From NCBI GenBank assembly GCA_964490075.1, contig CAZBBK010000037.1:1-53456 (forward strand): 53,456 nucleotides of DNA, written 5' to 3'. Below are positions 18,979-29,394 of the stretch, in pieces. This DNA is from an uncultured Gemmatimonadota bacterium (GTDB lineage Bacteria; GCA-2686955). The notes below the pieces were generated by a model. That model did no database searches, was not told the origin of the DNA, and saw only the letters and a program-made list of their open reading frames with translations. The stretch's first letter is position 1, and each line of letters opens with the position of its first letter. Both the position numbers and the translations under genes were made by a program.

Positions 18979-19977
18979 ATGGGTGCCGACACCATGCAGC
19001 ATTCGGTTCAAAGAGCGGCAATTCGGCGCTACGCCTGGCTCTGCGTCGCGACGACTTTCTGTCTCCTGATCTGGGGCGGCACGGTGCACGCGACCGGTTC
19101 CTCGCTGGCCTGTCCCGACTGGCCCTTGTGCTACGGAGAGGTCTTTCCGGAGATGAAGGGCGGAGTTGCGATCGAGCACGGCCATCGTCTGCTGGCGTCG
19201 CTGGTCGGGCTCTTGAGCATCGGGCTCTTTCTGGTTCTGCGCCGCGCACCGGTTGCCGAGGGGCGCCTGGCGCGCCTGGCGGGCGGAGCGGTGCTCCTGG
19301 TGATCGCCCAGGGCCTGCTCGGCGGCATCACCGTCCTCTACCGCCTGCCGACCTTGGTTTCGACCTCGCATCTGGCCCTGGGAAGCGCGTTTTTCTGTCT
19401 GTTGATCATCATCGCCATGCGCATCTGGGCGCCACTGCGGGGACCGGCCGGGGAAGCGCCCGAGGCGCTGCGGCCCGCGGCTCGTCTGGCGGCGCTGGGC
19501 GGCGTGCTCGTCTACACGCAGATGATCCTGGGCGCCCTGGTGCGCCATACCAGCGCGGGGTTGGCCTGCAACAACGACATGGTGCTGTGCAAGGGGGAGC
19601 TGTGGCCGACCGGACCCGGCAGCGGGCCGGCCATTCTGCACATGAGCCATCGTCTATTGGGTGTGATGGTGGCGCTTTTCGTGATCTGCTCCGCCCTCGC
19701 CATCTACCGCCGCGCCCGCGCCGCGGGCCGTCGCGATCTGGTGTGGCTGGCGGCGGCCGGATCGGTGTTGGTGTGCGGGCAGGTCCTGCTGGGCATGTGG
19801 ACCGTTCGGACTTTCATCGCGGCACCGATCGTGACCGCGCATCTCGCTGGAGCCGAGCTGCTGCTGGCTCAGCAGTTGGTGACACATCTCCTGGCGCGCA
19901 CGCCGCGGCCTGCGCCGGTGGCGGCGCCGGGAGCGACACTTGGAGCCGGCCAGTTGGTCACGGCCGCGGAGATCTGA
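18979..19977 (+). CDS. ctaA: Heme A synthase (COX15/CtaA)
   Basis: LACPDWPLCYG, EHGHR, SHR, two His-containing halves. Confidence 0.92.
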   Translation: MGADTMQHSVQRAAIRRYAWLCVATTFCLLIWGGTVHATGSSLACPDWPLCYGEVFPEMKGGVAIEHGHRLLASLVGLLSIGLFLVLRRAPVAEGRLARLAGGAVLLVIAQGLLGGITVLYRLPTLVSTSHLALGSAFFCLLIIIAMRIWAPLRGPAGEAPEALRPAARLAALGGVLVYTQMILGALVRHTSAGLACNNDMVLCKGELWPTGPGSGPAILHMSHRLLGVMVALFVICSALAIYRRARAAGRRDLVWLAAAGSVLVCGQVLLGMWTVRTFIAAPIVTAHLAGAELLLAQQLVTHLLARTPRPAPVAAPGATLGAGQLVTAAEI

Positions 19978-19979
19978 TC

Positions 19980-20852
19980 ATGCACACCACCACCGTGCCG
20001 GCGCCGCTCTTGCCCGCCATCGTGGAGCTGGGCAAGCCTCGCATCACCGCCTTCGTGCTGATCACCGCCGCGGTGGGCCTGGTGCTCGCCGATGGTCCGA
20101 TTTCGTGGTGGCCGGCGCTGATTTCGATCGCCGCCACCGGCCTGCTGGTGGCCGCCGCCAACACACTGAACTGTTACATCGAGCGCGAGTCCGACGGCCG
20201 CATGCCGCGCACCGCGCGCCGAGTGCTGCCGAGCGGTCGCATCGCGCCCGCGGTGGCGCTGGCTTCGGGAGCCCTGTCGGCCGCGCTGGCGATTCCGGTG
20301 CTGCACTTTGCCGCCAATGCGCTCACCGCCTTTCTGGGACTGCTCGCGTTTCTGGTCTACGTCCTCGCCTACACGCCGCTGAAGCGCGTCGGCCCCGCGG
20401 CGCTTGAGGTGGGCGCCTTCGCCGGCGCCATGCCGCCCTTGATGGGCTGGACTGCGGCCACAGGAGACCTGGATGCGGGGGGTGTGGCGCTTTTCGCGGT
20501 GCTCTTCTTCTGGCAGCTTCCGCACTTCCTCGCGCTCTCCTTGATGTATCGAGAGGATTACCGCAGCGGCGGCATCCGCACGCTGGCGGTCACCCGCGGC
20601 GCGGCGGTGGTGCGGCGCCGGCTGCCTCTCTGGGCCGCCGCTCTCACCCTCTCCAGCCTGGCCTTGGTGGTGACTGGAACGGGCGGCGCTATCTACCTGA
20701 CGGTGGCGACGGTTTTGGGCGGCGCTTTCGTGGCCGTGGCCTGGGCCGCGCGCCGGGAGCGTGGATCGCTGCGCTGGGCGCGACGCGCCTTCCTCTACTC
20801 CCTGGCTTATCTACCTCTGCTGCTGGCCGCGCTGGTGATCGACGCGGGGTGA
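19980..20852 (+). CDS. ctaB: Protoheme IX farnesyltransferase (heme O synthase)
   Basis: KPRI, NCYIERESDGRMPRT..R.LPSG, YTPLKR, WQLPHF. Confidence 0.93.
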   Translation: MHTTTVPAPLLPAIVELGKPRITAFVLITAAVGLVLADGPISWWPALISIAATGLLVAAANTLNCYIERESDGRMPRTARRVLPSGRIAPAVALASGALSAALAIPVLHFAANALTAFLGLLAFLVYVLAYTPLKRVGPAALEVGAFAGAMPPLMGWTAATGDLDAGGVALFAVLFFWQLPHFLALSLMYREDYRSGGIRTLAVTRGAAVVRRRLPLWAAALTLSSLALVVTGTGGAIYLTVATVLGGAFVAVAWAARRERGSLRWARRAFLYSLAYLPLLLAALVIDAG

Positions 20853-21271
20853 TGGGCAACGATCCGAGCCTGCTGGCCACCCTGGAACCGATCTGCAACG
20901 GCGTCGCTCTGCTCTGCGTGATTGCCGCTCTGGTCTCGATTAGGCGGCGCAAGACCGAGTTGCACAGGCGGCTGATGCTGGGGGCGATCGCCGCCTCCGC
21001 CGCGTTCCTGATCTGTTACCTCACACGCCACGCCCTTCAGGGAACGGTCTACTACACCGGTCCGCCCGGCATTCGGCCGCTCTACCTGGGCGTGCTCGTG
21101 AGTCACTCGCTGCTGGCGGTGGCGGCGCTGCCTCTGATCTTGCGCACCGCCTTCCTCGGGCTGCGCGAGCGCCACGCGGCCCACCGCCGCATCGCCCGCC
21201 TCACCGCTCCGCTATGGCTCTACATCTCCTCGACCGGTCTCTTGATCTTCTACCTGCTCTATGGCGTCTGA
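20852..21271 (+). CDS. DUF420 (CtaM-like) membrane protein
   Basis: HRRLM, FLICYLTRH, LVSH, HRRIAR...LWLY. Confidence 0.85.
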   Translation: MGNDPSLLATLEPICNGVALLCVIAALVSIRRRKTELHRRLMLGAIAASAAFLICYLTRHALQGTVYYTGPPGIRPLYLGVLVSHSLLAVAALPLILRTAFLGLRERHAAHRRIARLTAPLWLYISSTGLLIFYLLYGV

Positions 21272-21276
21272 GCCCT

Positions 21277-21876
21277 TCAGCCCTCTTCCAGGAGCAGGCG
21301 AATGCCCCCTTCGACATCGCTCACGACACTCTCGTCCGACGAATCGTAGTAGGCGCGAATGCGCCCCTCGCGGTCGACCAACACGATATGGCTGCCGTGG
21401 AAAATGTTGAGAAAATCGTCGCCTTCGCGGCCCATCGCCATCTTGAAACCCTTGGTCACGGTGGCCCGAACATCGTCCAGGGGCCCGGTCAGGAAGCTCC
21501 ACAGAGCGGAATTCGCGCCGTGCAGCTCGGCGTATGCGGCGAGCACCGGCGGCGTGTCGTACTGGGGATCGACCGAGAACGAGACCAGGTGGACGCTTTC
21601 TTCGAGATCCCGGTGTCGCTCCTGGATGAGCGCCATCTTGCGCGTGAGGGGTGGACAGATCGTCGGACAGCGCGTGAACATGAAGCAGGCCGCCCAGACC
21701 TTTCCGCGCAGTTCGGCTGCTCCCGTTGGCGCTCCCTCTTGGTCGCTGAGCACGAAGTCGGGTACCTCGCCCAGGATCGGCAGTGGCTCGGCCCGGCGCG
21801 CGCCGCGCAACGACACCAACCCCCACGCCAACAGCGCGAGGCCGACCGACAGCAAGGTCAGAGAAACGACACGAAT
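21277..21876 (-). CDS. SCO1/SenC copper chaperone
   Basis: FTRCPTICP, SVDPQYDTP, conserved His (IFHG). Start uncertain; possible ATT at 21876 after AAGGAG. Confidence 0.88.
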   Translation of the reverse strand: MRVVSLTLLSVGLALLAWGLVSLRGARRAEPLPILGEVPDFVLSDQEGAPTGAAELRGKVWAACFMFTRCPTICPPLTRKMALIQERHRDLEESVHLVSFSVDPQYDTPPVLAAYAELHGANSALWSFLTGPLDDVRATVTKGFKMAMGREGDDFLNIFHGSHIVLVDREGRIRAYYDSSDESVVSDVEGGIRLLLEEG

Positions 21877-21939
21877 GACTGAGACTCCTTTCGCCGAGGC
21901 GACGATTGTCGGCTCATCCTCGATCAGGATCAAGGGCAG

Positions 21940-23067
21940 ATGAAGCAGGTGCTCCTGGTAGCGCCACCAGCGATGCTCTTCATGCTCGGCCTGAGCGTGC
22001 TGTTCCCGGTGCTGCCCTTCTTCGTCCGCGATCTGGGACTCAGCGAGACCCAGGCCGGAGTGTTGTTCGCGGTCTACGCGGCGATGAGCGTTGCCTTCAG
22101 TCCTCTCTGGGGGCGCTTCTCCGAGCGCCGCGGGCGCAAGAGCGCAATGATCATCGGACTGCTGGGATTCGCGCTCGGCTTTCTGCTCTTCGCCTTTGGC
22201 GAGAGCTTCGTGGAGCTCCTGGCGGCGCGCGTTCTGGGTGGTGCGCTGGCGGCGGCGACGATGCCCGCGATCTTCGCCTTCGCCGCCGATGTCTCGAGCG
22301 GTGAGACCCGCAGCGCCGCCATGGGGATCGTCGGAGCGGCGATCGGTTTGGGGGTGGTGGTCGGTCCGATCATCGGCGGTCTGCTCGGCGAGATCGATCT
22401 GAGGGCACCCTTCTTGTGCACGGCGGCGTTCGCGATCGCCGCCGCCGCATACGTGGCGCTGGTGATCGAAGAGCCCGCAGCCCACGCGACGCGGAACGGC
22501 AACTCCAGCTTCCGGATGTTGCTGTCGCGGCTCTCGGGAATTCTAGTCTTCATCTTCGTCATCTCCACCGCCCGGGTCGGCTTCGAGAGCACCATCGCTT
22601 TCGCGCTCGCCGATCTGGTCGGGGCCGGCCCGCGCCAGGTCGGCCTGCTGCTCGGCGGAATGGGTGTGGTCGGTGTGCTGGTCCAGGGTGCCCTGATTCG
22701 ACCGATCGTGCGCTTGCTGGGGGACTACCGCACCCTGCTGGCCGGCACTGCGCTGCTGAGCCTGGGCCTGGTCGCCGTTTCCCGGGCTACCGACATCGCC
22801 TGGTTCGGCGTCGCCGGCGCCGTGCTGGCGATCGGCTACGGTCTGTCGACACCGACCTTTACGGCGCTGGTCAGCAAGCTTGGCGCGACTTCCCAGGGCC
22901 GCTCGCAGGGGTTGGGGATGAGCGCGCAGTCGTTGGGACGGGTGGTGGGGCCGGTGCTCTTTACGGCGATCTACCAGATCTGGGGCGGCGGCGCGACCTT
23001 CGCCGCGGCCGCGCTGCTGGCTGCCTGCGGGCTCGGCGTGGCCGCGATTTGGGTGCGCCCCACTTGA
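21940..23067 (+). CDS. MFS transporter (Tet/DHA1-like)
   Basis: GRFSERRGRK motif A, many TM helices, GPIIGGLL. Confidence 0.88.
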   Translation: MKQVLLVAPPAMLFMLGLSVLFPVLPFFVRDLGLSETQAGVLFAVYAAMSVAFSPLWGRFSERRGRKSAMIIGLLGFALGFLLFAFGESFVELLAARVLGGALAAATMPAIFAFAADVSSGETRSAAMGIVGAAIGLGVVVGPIIGGLLGEIDLRAPFLCTAAFAIAAAAYVALVIEEPAAHATRNGNSSFRMLLSRLSGILVFIFVISTARVGFESTIAFALADLVGAGPRQVGLLLGGMGVVGVLVQGALIRPIVRLLGDYRTLLAGTALLSLGLVAVSRATDIAWFGVAGAVLAIGYGLSTPTFTALVSKLGATSQGRSQGLGMSAQSLGRVVGPVLFTAIYQIWGGGATFAAAALLAACGLGVAAIWVRPT

Positions 23068-23085
23068 GCTACGCCTTCGGGCGAA

Positions 23086-25335
23086 TCAGCGACGCTTGTG
23101 GATCAAGTCCTCGAGCGCGGGGGAATCGGCGTCGAGCAGTTCGGCGATGCGCATCCGATCGACATCGGCGACGATGATCTCGCCTACCTCGTTGTTGACC
23201 TGGGAGTAGAACCCGAGCTCCTTCATTCGTTCGGTCTGGCGGTGGTTGTCTTCGGTCGGGCTCACATAGTGCACCGACTCCACGTGGTAGCGGTGGATCA
23301 GGAAAAGGTGCATCAAGGTCATGAGCCGCTTTCTGCGCAGCGCCGTGTCGAAGGTGTTCTGGTCGCGTACCGACAGGATGTGCCGTCGCTTGCGGTCCTG
23401 GATATCGGCGAAAATCACGTTGGCCATCCGGTCGTTGTGCGGGCCTGCGATCCGCAGCTCCAGTAGCTCCGAGCCGGCGCGGTGAGGCCGCAGGTGCACC
23501 GCCAGCGGACCCTCCGAACCGTGGTGCGCGCGCCAACGCTCGAGCCATCCTCCCAGCAACCCGGGCGGCACCTCGGTCTGCAGCAGGTGCTGGAACTGCG
23601 TCGAACCTCTGCCCATCGACTTGGTGGTTGCGGTGCGCCCCGAGCTGGCCATCAGCGCCCCGTCCAGGCGCGGGCCTCCGACCAGCGTTTGCGGGGTCTT
23701 GAAGGGCGACTCCAGGAGCCTGAACTTGCGCTGCAATCGGGCCAGGGCGAGCATTCCTTCCTGTCTCAAGGCCGCGGCGAACTCCTCTCCCGCCAGCCCG
23801 TCGATCTGATGGCCCCCGTAGGTGATGAAGTTGAACACGTAGCCCAACCGACCCAGCTCTTCCGGGAAGCGCCGCATCTCGTCGTCGCTCATTCCGGTGC
23901 TGTCCCAGTTGAACGAGGGCGAGAGGTTGTAGGCCAGGAGCTTGTTCGGGAATTGCGTGTGGATCGCGTCCGCAAAACGTCGCGCGTCTTCCAAGTTCGC
24001 GGTTTTGGTCTCCATCCACAACAGATCGGTGAAAGGGGCGACGGCCAGGGACTTGGCGATCGCGTAGTCGATTCCGCCCTGAACCTGGTAGTAGCCCTCG
24101 GGGGTTCTGGCATGCTCGCAGCTCCATACCGCGCCGATTCCCATCGAGTGCGCCTTGTCGCGTGCGCGCGCGAAAGGCGCCGAGCGCGCGAACTCGAGCC
24201 ATTCATCCACCGACAGCTCGAAGCTCCGCCCTTCGCCGGCCCGGAACTCCATGAGATCGGCGACCGCGCGGGCGTAGGTCTTGAGGCCCGCCTGCGCCTG
24301 CCAGGCGTCGACGAAAAATGTCGCGACCTGATCGAGCAGGCGGTCGGCACCGTTCTGTTGGTGGCCGTCGAGACATCGCTGCAAATGATCGAGCACGCCC
24401 GCGTCGCGCAACCATCGGTCCGCTTCCCGGTACTCCTCTGGAGCCACGTCGTAGAGCAGATGGCCGTTCAGCTCCTCGACGCCGGATTCGTGGAGCGTCT
24501 TGAGGATGGCCAGGTAGGCGATCTTGTAGGCCGGCAGGTCGAGATTGGTGGCGCCGAGCAGGAATGGCTGGTCGCGCTCGTCGCCCTTGGCCTCCAGCAG
24601 GCTCGCCGCCTCGGCGTCGGTCCTGGCGACGATGATCCCGGGCACCTGCATGATGTCGAGCTGGAAGCGGGCGGCGTTCAGACGCTTGATCTGCTCGTCG
24701 ACCGGAACCAGCACCTTGCCTCCCTGGTGCCCACACTTCTTGGCCCCCGGACGCTGATCCTCGATGTGATAGCCGGGGACTCCGACCTCGACGAAACGGC
24801 GGATCAGGTTGCGCACGTGGGCGTCGCCGCCGTGTCCGGTGTCGGCGTCGGCGATGATGAAGGGGCGGAAGTCGATCTCCGGCGTCGCCGCGCGCTGCTC
24901 GGCGCCCATTCGGCAGCGCGCGAAACGCTGGTTCTTGTCGGCTGCGAGCAGCGCGCGCACGATCACTGCCGCCTCGTTCGGTACCTGGCTCAGGGGGTAG
25001 CTGGCCAGATCGGGACCGGGATCTTCGGTGATCGATCCCTTGGCCGAGGTGGCCCAGCCGCCGAGGTAGATCCCCTCGATGCCCATGCGCTTCATCGCCA
25101 CCGCCTGCCCCGGGGAGTAGGGGCCGAAGGTAGTGATCGATCGCTTGTGCTCGAAGAGCGCGCGCAGCCGCGAGTAGAAGATCTCGGCGGTCTCTCGGGT
25201 GAGGGTATGATCGACACGGATCGTGCCTCGTTGCTCCACCACCTGCCGTGCCGAGTAGAGGCGGACGATCCCCTCGAACCTCGGACTGGACATCCACTGG
25301 CGGGTCGTCTCGACCTCGGAGGCGAATGTGTTCAT
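23086..25335 (-). CDS. aceA: Isocitrate lyase, long ICL2 type
   Basis: [31 protein letters not shown], plus C-terminal extension (SVRDQNTF...HYVSPTEDN). Confidence 0.95.
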   Translation of the reverse strand: MNTFASEVETTRQWMSSPRFEGIVRLYSARQVVEQRGTIRVDHTLTRETAEIFYSRLRALFEHKRSITTFGPYSPGQAVAMKRMGIEGIYLGGWATSAKGSITEDPGPDLASYPLSQVPNEAAVIVRALLAADKNQRFARCRMGAEQRAATPEIDFRPFIIADADTGHGGDAHVRNLIRRFVEVGVPGYHIEDQRPGAKKCGHQGGKVLVPVDEQIKRLNAARFQLDIMQVPGIIVARTDAEAASLLEAKGDERDQPFLLGATNLDLPAYKIAYLAILKTLHESGVEELNGHLLYDVAPEEYREADRWLRDAGVLDHLQRCLDGHQQNGADRLLDQVATFFVDAWQAQAGLKTYARAVADLMEFRAGEGRSFELSVDEWLEFARSAPFARARDKAHSMGIGAVWSCEHARTPEGYYQVQGGIDYAIAKSLAVAPFTDLLWMETKTANLEDARRFADAIHTQFPNKLLAYNLSPSFNWDSTGMSDDEMRRFPEELGRLGYVFNFITYGGHQIDGLAGEEFAAALRQEGMLALARLQRKFRLLESPFKTPQTLVGGPRLDGALMASSGRTATTKSMGRGSTQFQHLLQTEVPPGLLGGWLERWRAHHGSEGPLAVHLRPHRAGSELLELRIAGPHNDRMANVIFADIQDRKRRHILSVRDQNTFDTALRRKRLMTLMHLFLIHRYHVESVHYVSPTEDNHRQTERMKELGFYSQVNNEVGEIIVADVDRMRIAELLDADSPALEDLIHKRR

Positions 25336-25338
25336 CGC

Positions 25339-27279
25339 TCAGCTCCTGGCGTTGCTGGATTCGAATGGTGTCTCGAAATCCAGGTTGTCGGTAATCCGCC
25401 GCCGGCGGTCGCGGAAGGCATCGAGGTAGCTCCCGATGCGCTGCAGCGCGGTCGACAGGTCGTGGTTGTCGAGATTGACGTTCAAGAGATCGATGTACCA
25501 CGGCGCCTTGATGTCGTTCGCGACGTAGGCGTCTACGATCTCGCCGACGATCGGCAAGGTCGTTTCCTTGGAGCGGTCGTGGACGTCGCGGTTGTTGGCG
25601 GCGCGCAGCTTCGCGAGCTCTTCCGCCAGAAGCCGTTGGAACAGCGCGAGACCGAAGCGGTCGCCCGCGCGCACGCCGGTCTCGGCGTCGCTCTCGGTGA
25701 AGGCGGCCGATTTGTGCAGCCACTCCCAGAGGATGCTGAGACGGATCTCACCGGTCGCCATGTCCTCCATCAGGTAGAGCACGTCGTCGTTGCCGAAGTG
25801 GTCGGCGGGCTTCAGAGCCGCGGCCTGCATTCCCTGCTCGAAGGCGTTGCCGTACTGAATGGCGACACTCAACAGGTCGCGGGCGCCGCGCACGGTGCGC
25901 GCAGCCGGTTCCAAGAGCGTCAGATCGGCCGCATCGGATGCCTCGTAGCCGAGCGGTGGGAACTGTCGTCCGAGCTGGTTGGCATCACCTGCACGTTCCC
26001 AGACCGGCCGCACGATGTGCACCATCTTCCAATGCGCGACCCATTTGCCGCTGGCCCCCTCGCGCTGCTCGCGCTCGGCGCCGGCCACCGCCTTCGCCAT
26101 GCTCGCGCTCACGCCCTGCTCCGAGCCGACCGGGATGTTGGGCTCCATGCCGCCCTGCCAGAGCGCGCATCTGCCCTGGCGATCGGGAGAGTTGACGGCG
26201 CGCCGCACGCGGTCTTCGTAGTGGCGCATGTAGCCGTAGGTCATGACGATCGCGTCGATGTTCGGGTTGACGAAGCTGGAATCCCAGCGCACGGCGTCGG
26301 CGACACTGTTGATGTAGTCCCAGCGGCCGGTGTTGTAGCCGACGAAATGGGTGCCGAGCGCGGCGCGAATCTCCATCAGCTGGAAGCAGGCCTCGAGCTG
26401 CTCCACCAGCACGTACACCTTGATCGTACCGACCGGCAGATCGAGCTGCGCCTCGAGGGCGGTGATCATCCGGTTCCAGAGTGCCGCCTCGTCGGCGGTC
26501 TGGATCTTCGGCAGATAGAGGACCAGCGACCTGTCTTCTCCGAGCAAGGCGCGGTAGTTGTTGGCGACGTACAAGCTCATGTCGACGATCGAAGCGGAGA
26601 AGCCCGTGCCGTTGCTCTCGCGCACGTGCCGGTCGTCCAGGTGCAGCCCGCGGGCGCGATAGATGCGGGTGGTGAAGTCGAGCTGGCGGCGCCAGTCCTC
26701 GATGATCGGCCGGCCGAAGAAGCCCTCGGCCCAGGTGTTCATCTCGGCCGCGACACTCTCGGCCGCGGCGAGGAACACCGGGGCGCGCGCGAAACCCAGC
26801 TTCAGATTTCTCTGGTTGTCGAGCGCCATGGTCTGGGTTTGGCCCAGGGCGTCTTCACCGTCGAACATCCAGCCGTCGGCGCCCGAGAGCAGCGCGTAGG
26901 CGACGTTGCGGATGCTCTTCTCGACCGATGCGTTGGGCTTGGCGCCGGGACCGGTTCCCTGGATCCACTGGCGCTGCAGATCGGCCGGGATCTCACTGCC
27001 CTCGAAGTCGCCCAGGCGGGCTTGGCGGACCGTGAGCGGTGTTCCCCCGATGGTGGCCGCGGGATCGAGGAAGTCGATCTGCTCGCGACGCTCCGCACGC
27101 CGGTGGCGGAGCTCGATGCGCGTCGCCATCAGCTCGCGCCGCTCAGCGTTGAAGCCGGCCAGTGCTTCCAGCGCGGCGACCGCCTGGGGCGTGAAAACGT
27201 CGGCGTATCGTTCCCGCAAGCCCCCGCGGATCTGCAGCTTGCGCGGAGGGCGCGGACGCGGTGCCAGGTTCGAATCCAT
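25339..27279 (-). CDS. aceB: Malate synthase
   Basis: MFDGED, RARGLHL, YLPK, NTGRWDYINS, WVAH, LMEDMATGEI; start MDSNLAP. Confidence 0.93.
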   Translation of the reverse strand: MDSNLAPRPRPPRKLQIRGGLRERYADVFTPQAVAALEALAGFNAERRELMATRIELRHRRAERREQIDFLDPAATIGGTPLTVRQARLGDFEGSEIPADLQRQWIQGTGPGAKPNASVEKSIRNVAYALLSGADGWMFDGEDALGQTQTMALDNQRNLKLGFARAPVFLAAAESVAAEMNTWAEGFFGRPIIEDWRRQLDFTTRIYRARGLHLDDRHVRESNGTGFSASIVDMSLYVANNYRALLGEDRSLVLYLPKIQTADEAALWNRMITALEAQLDLPVGTIKVYVLVEQLEACFQLMEIRAALGTHFVGYNTGRWDYINSVADAVRWDSSFVNPNIDAIVMTYGYMRHYEDRVRRAVNSPDRQGRCALWQGGMEPNIPVGSEQGVSASMAKAVAGAEREQREGASGKWVAHWKMVHIVRPVWERAGDANQLGRQFPPLGYEASDAADLTLLEPAARTVRGARDLLSVAIQYGNAFEQGMQAAALKPADHFGNDDVLYLMEDMATGEIRLSILWEWLHKSAAFTESDAETGVRAGDRFGLALFQRLLAEELAKLRAANNRDVHDRSKETTLPIVGEIVDAYVANDIKAPWYIDLLNVNLDNHDLSTALQRIGSYLDAFRDRRRRITDNLDFETPFESSNARS

Positions 27280-27318
27280 GGGTATACTCCCGGTTCCAGA
27301 GGCTGAGCCAAACACGAC

Positions 27319-27347
27319 ATATTCGGTCGCATATGGGGGGGTGTCAA
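27319..27347 (-). promoter_or_regulatory. Putative sigma70 promoter for aceB-aceA
   Basis: Minus-strand TTGACA, 17-nt spacer, GAATAT. Confidence 0.45.
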
Positions 27348-27504
27348 GCGACGCATCGGCCCCTGTACGCACGCCGGCGCCCCACCGACGACCAATGGTA
27401 TGAATGGGCCAAGGCGGCCCGAGCTCTGCCGGAGTCGAGCGCATGAGCCTCGACGGCCGAGCTCCCGACCTCGATCGTTCACCACCGGCGCGGGATCGAA
27501 ATGG

Positions 27505-28020
27505 ATGAACCTGCGAGCGCTTCTGGAAGAGCATCACGCGCAGGGCTATGCCTGGGCGCTGAGCTGTTGCGCTCAGGATCGGGAGCAGGCGGCCGATGTC
27601 CTGCAGTCGGTCTATCTGAAGGTCCTCGAGGGGCGGGCACGCTTCGCGGGACGTTCGAGCTTTCGCACCTGGCTCTTCCGGGTGATTCGCAACACCGCGA
27701 TCGACGCGCAGCGCCGGCGCCGCCGCCGCCGGATCGGGCTGGTCCGGCTGCGTGCGCTGGAGGCGGAGTCGCCGAGCTCGGAAGCCGCCGATCGCGAGCT
27801 GGAGCGAGGAGACACCGCAACCGCGGTGCGGCGGCAGCTCGAGCGGCTTCCACGACGCCAGCGCGAGGTGCTGATGCTGGTCTTCTACCACGAGCTGAGC
27901 CTGCGCGAAGCGGCGCGAGCAATGGGCGTGAGCCACGGCTCTGCGCGCACTCACTACGACCGGGCCAAGCGGAGGTTTCGGGAAGGGATCGAGACCATGG
28001 GAGCCAGCCATGAAAGATGA
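27505..28020 (+). CDS. ECF sigma-70 factor
   Basis: AADVLQ, FRTWLFRVIRN, LPRRQREVL...LSLREAA. Confidence 0.92.
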   Translation: MNLRALLEEHHAQGYAWALSCCAQDREQAADVLQSVYLKVLEGRARFAGRSSFRTWLFRVIRNTAIDAQRRRRRRRIGLVRLRALEAESPSSEAADRELERGDTATAVRRQLERLPRRQREVLMLVFYHELSLREAARAMGVSHGSARTHYDRAKRRFREGIETMGASHER

Positions 28021-28447
28021 AGACACCCGCTTCCGGGAGCTCTTCGCCGGGCTGCGCCGCGCGCCGGAAGCGCCGACTCCGAGCTTCGAGACGCTCATGG
28101 GCGCGGCCGAGGAGGAGGCCGGCAAACGACACGCTCGGCGCGTGCTCCAGCGTCGGGCCGCCGCCTGGATCCTGTTGCTCGGCGGCGGGTGGGCGGCGTT
28201 GCACTGGCTGGCCTCGGCGCCGGGTCCACGACCCGCGGAGCTCGCCCCATGGCGTTCTCCAACGGCTCGGCTGTTGGCGCCGCCGCTGCCGCCTCGGGTC
28301 GGCACGCCGATGCACCGGCCTCTCTCTTCGTCCCCGCGGATCCCGGACTGGAGCTCTCCGACCCGATTCCTGCTGCGGCCTCCGGCGAGATCCGAGCACC
28401 GATCCAGCGACCACGATGAATTCACTCGAAACAGGAGATCAGCATGA
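28010..28447 (+). CDS. Putative membrane anti-sigma factor
   Basis: Overlaps the ECF gene, single TM segment, WxSPTxxLL motif twice. Confidence 0.6.
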   Translation: MKDEDTRFRELFAGLRRAPEAPTPSFETLMGAAEEEAGKRHARRVLQRRAAAWILLLGGGWAALHWLASAPGPRPAELAPWRSPTARLLAPPLPPRVGTPMHRPLSSSPRIPDWSSPTRFLLRPPARSEHRSSDHDEFTRNRRSA

Positions 28448-28914
28448 GACCGATGCAGATGATCGCGCTGCTGGCATTGGCGGCAGTCGCCGCCCCGGCC
28501 CAGGAGATAGCTCCCGTAGACCCGATCGCACACCATACTTTTCCACCCGAGCTGGTGATGCGGCACCAGCGCGCCATCGCCCTTACCGAGGAGCAGCGAA
28601 CAGAGATCAAGCGCGAGCTGCAGACTGCCCAGAGCAGCTTCACCGACTTGCAGTGGGACTTGGAGCGGGAGCTGGAGACATTCGTCGCGCTGCTCGAGCC
28701 GGGGCAGGTGGATGAGAAACGAGCCATCGCGGCGCTCGAGGAGATCCTGTCGCTCGAGTCGGCGATCAAGAAGAGCCAGCTGCTGCTCGCGATCCGCGTC
28801 AAGAACTTGTTGAGCGCGGAGCAGGAAGAGCGCCTGCGGGACCTCGCTCCGCGCGGTCCGGCAGCTCCGGCCCCCGATCACCCGCGGCGCGGCGCGGAGC
28901 CTCGGACGAAGTAG
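28444..28914 (+). CDS. Periplasmic Spy/CpxP/ZraP-like helical protein
   Basis: Signal peptide, LTEEQR and LSAEQ (LTxxQ-like) motifs. Confidence 0.75.
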   Translation: MRPMQMIALLALAAVAAPAQEIAPVDPIAHHTFPPELVMRHQRAIALTEEQRTEIKRELQTAQSSFTDLQWDLERELETFVALLEPGQVDEKRAIAALEEILSLESAIKKSQLLLAIRVKNLLSAEQEERLRDLAPRGPAAPAPDHPRRGAEPRTK

Positions 28915-29007
28915 GCGCACCCGCCGCGCGCGAATCGCCGCTCCCTCGAGCGGCCCTCAATGGTAGAGTTCCGATGGAACCCAATCGATCATACCTGAGA
29001 GGGTCGG

Positions 29008-29394
29008 ATGGAGACGGATCTCAAGACGCTGCTGATCATCGACGACGATCATGAGCTGGTCGATGTCTTGACCATGTACCTGGATGGGTTCGGCTACCTG
29101 ATTCACAAGGCGTACAACGGTTCATCGGGGGAGCGCAAGGCCAGGCACAAGCAACCCGATGTCATCATCCTGGACATCATGATGCCGGGCAGAGACGGCT
29201 ACGAGACCTGCCAAAGCTTGAAGCGGCATCGCAAGACCAAGCACATCCCGATCATCCTGATCAGCGCCAAGTCGGGCGTGCCCGATGTCGACAAGGGGTT
29301 TCGGGCGATGGCCGACGCCTACATCACCAAGCCCTTCGACCCGGCGCGCCTGCACAGCAAGATCAAGAAGCTGACGGAGCAGCCGGAGAGCTGA
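29008..29394 (+). CDS. Single-domain response regulator
   Basis: LIIDDD, ILDIMMPGRDG, ISAK, YITKPF. Confidence 0.93.
   Translation: METDLKTLLIIDDDHELVDVLTMYLDGFGYLIHKAYNGSSGERKARHKQPDVIILDIMMPGRDGYETCQSLKRHRKTKHIPIILISAKSGVPDVDKGFRAMADAYITKPFDPARLHSKIKKLTEQPES

Noticed and set aside
23482..27306. 1274-aa + strand ORF and other long antisense ORFs (e.g. 1838-3724, 4300-6282, 37522-39894)
   Set aside because: Shadow ORFs opposite well-supported genes in high-GC DNA; no motifs.
27280..28920. Apparent N-terminal extension making malate synthase 1193 aa
   Set aside because: It overlaps the ECF operon on the other strand; homology and a promoter point to a start at 27279.
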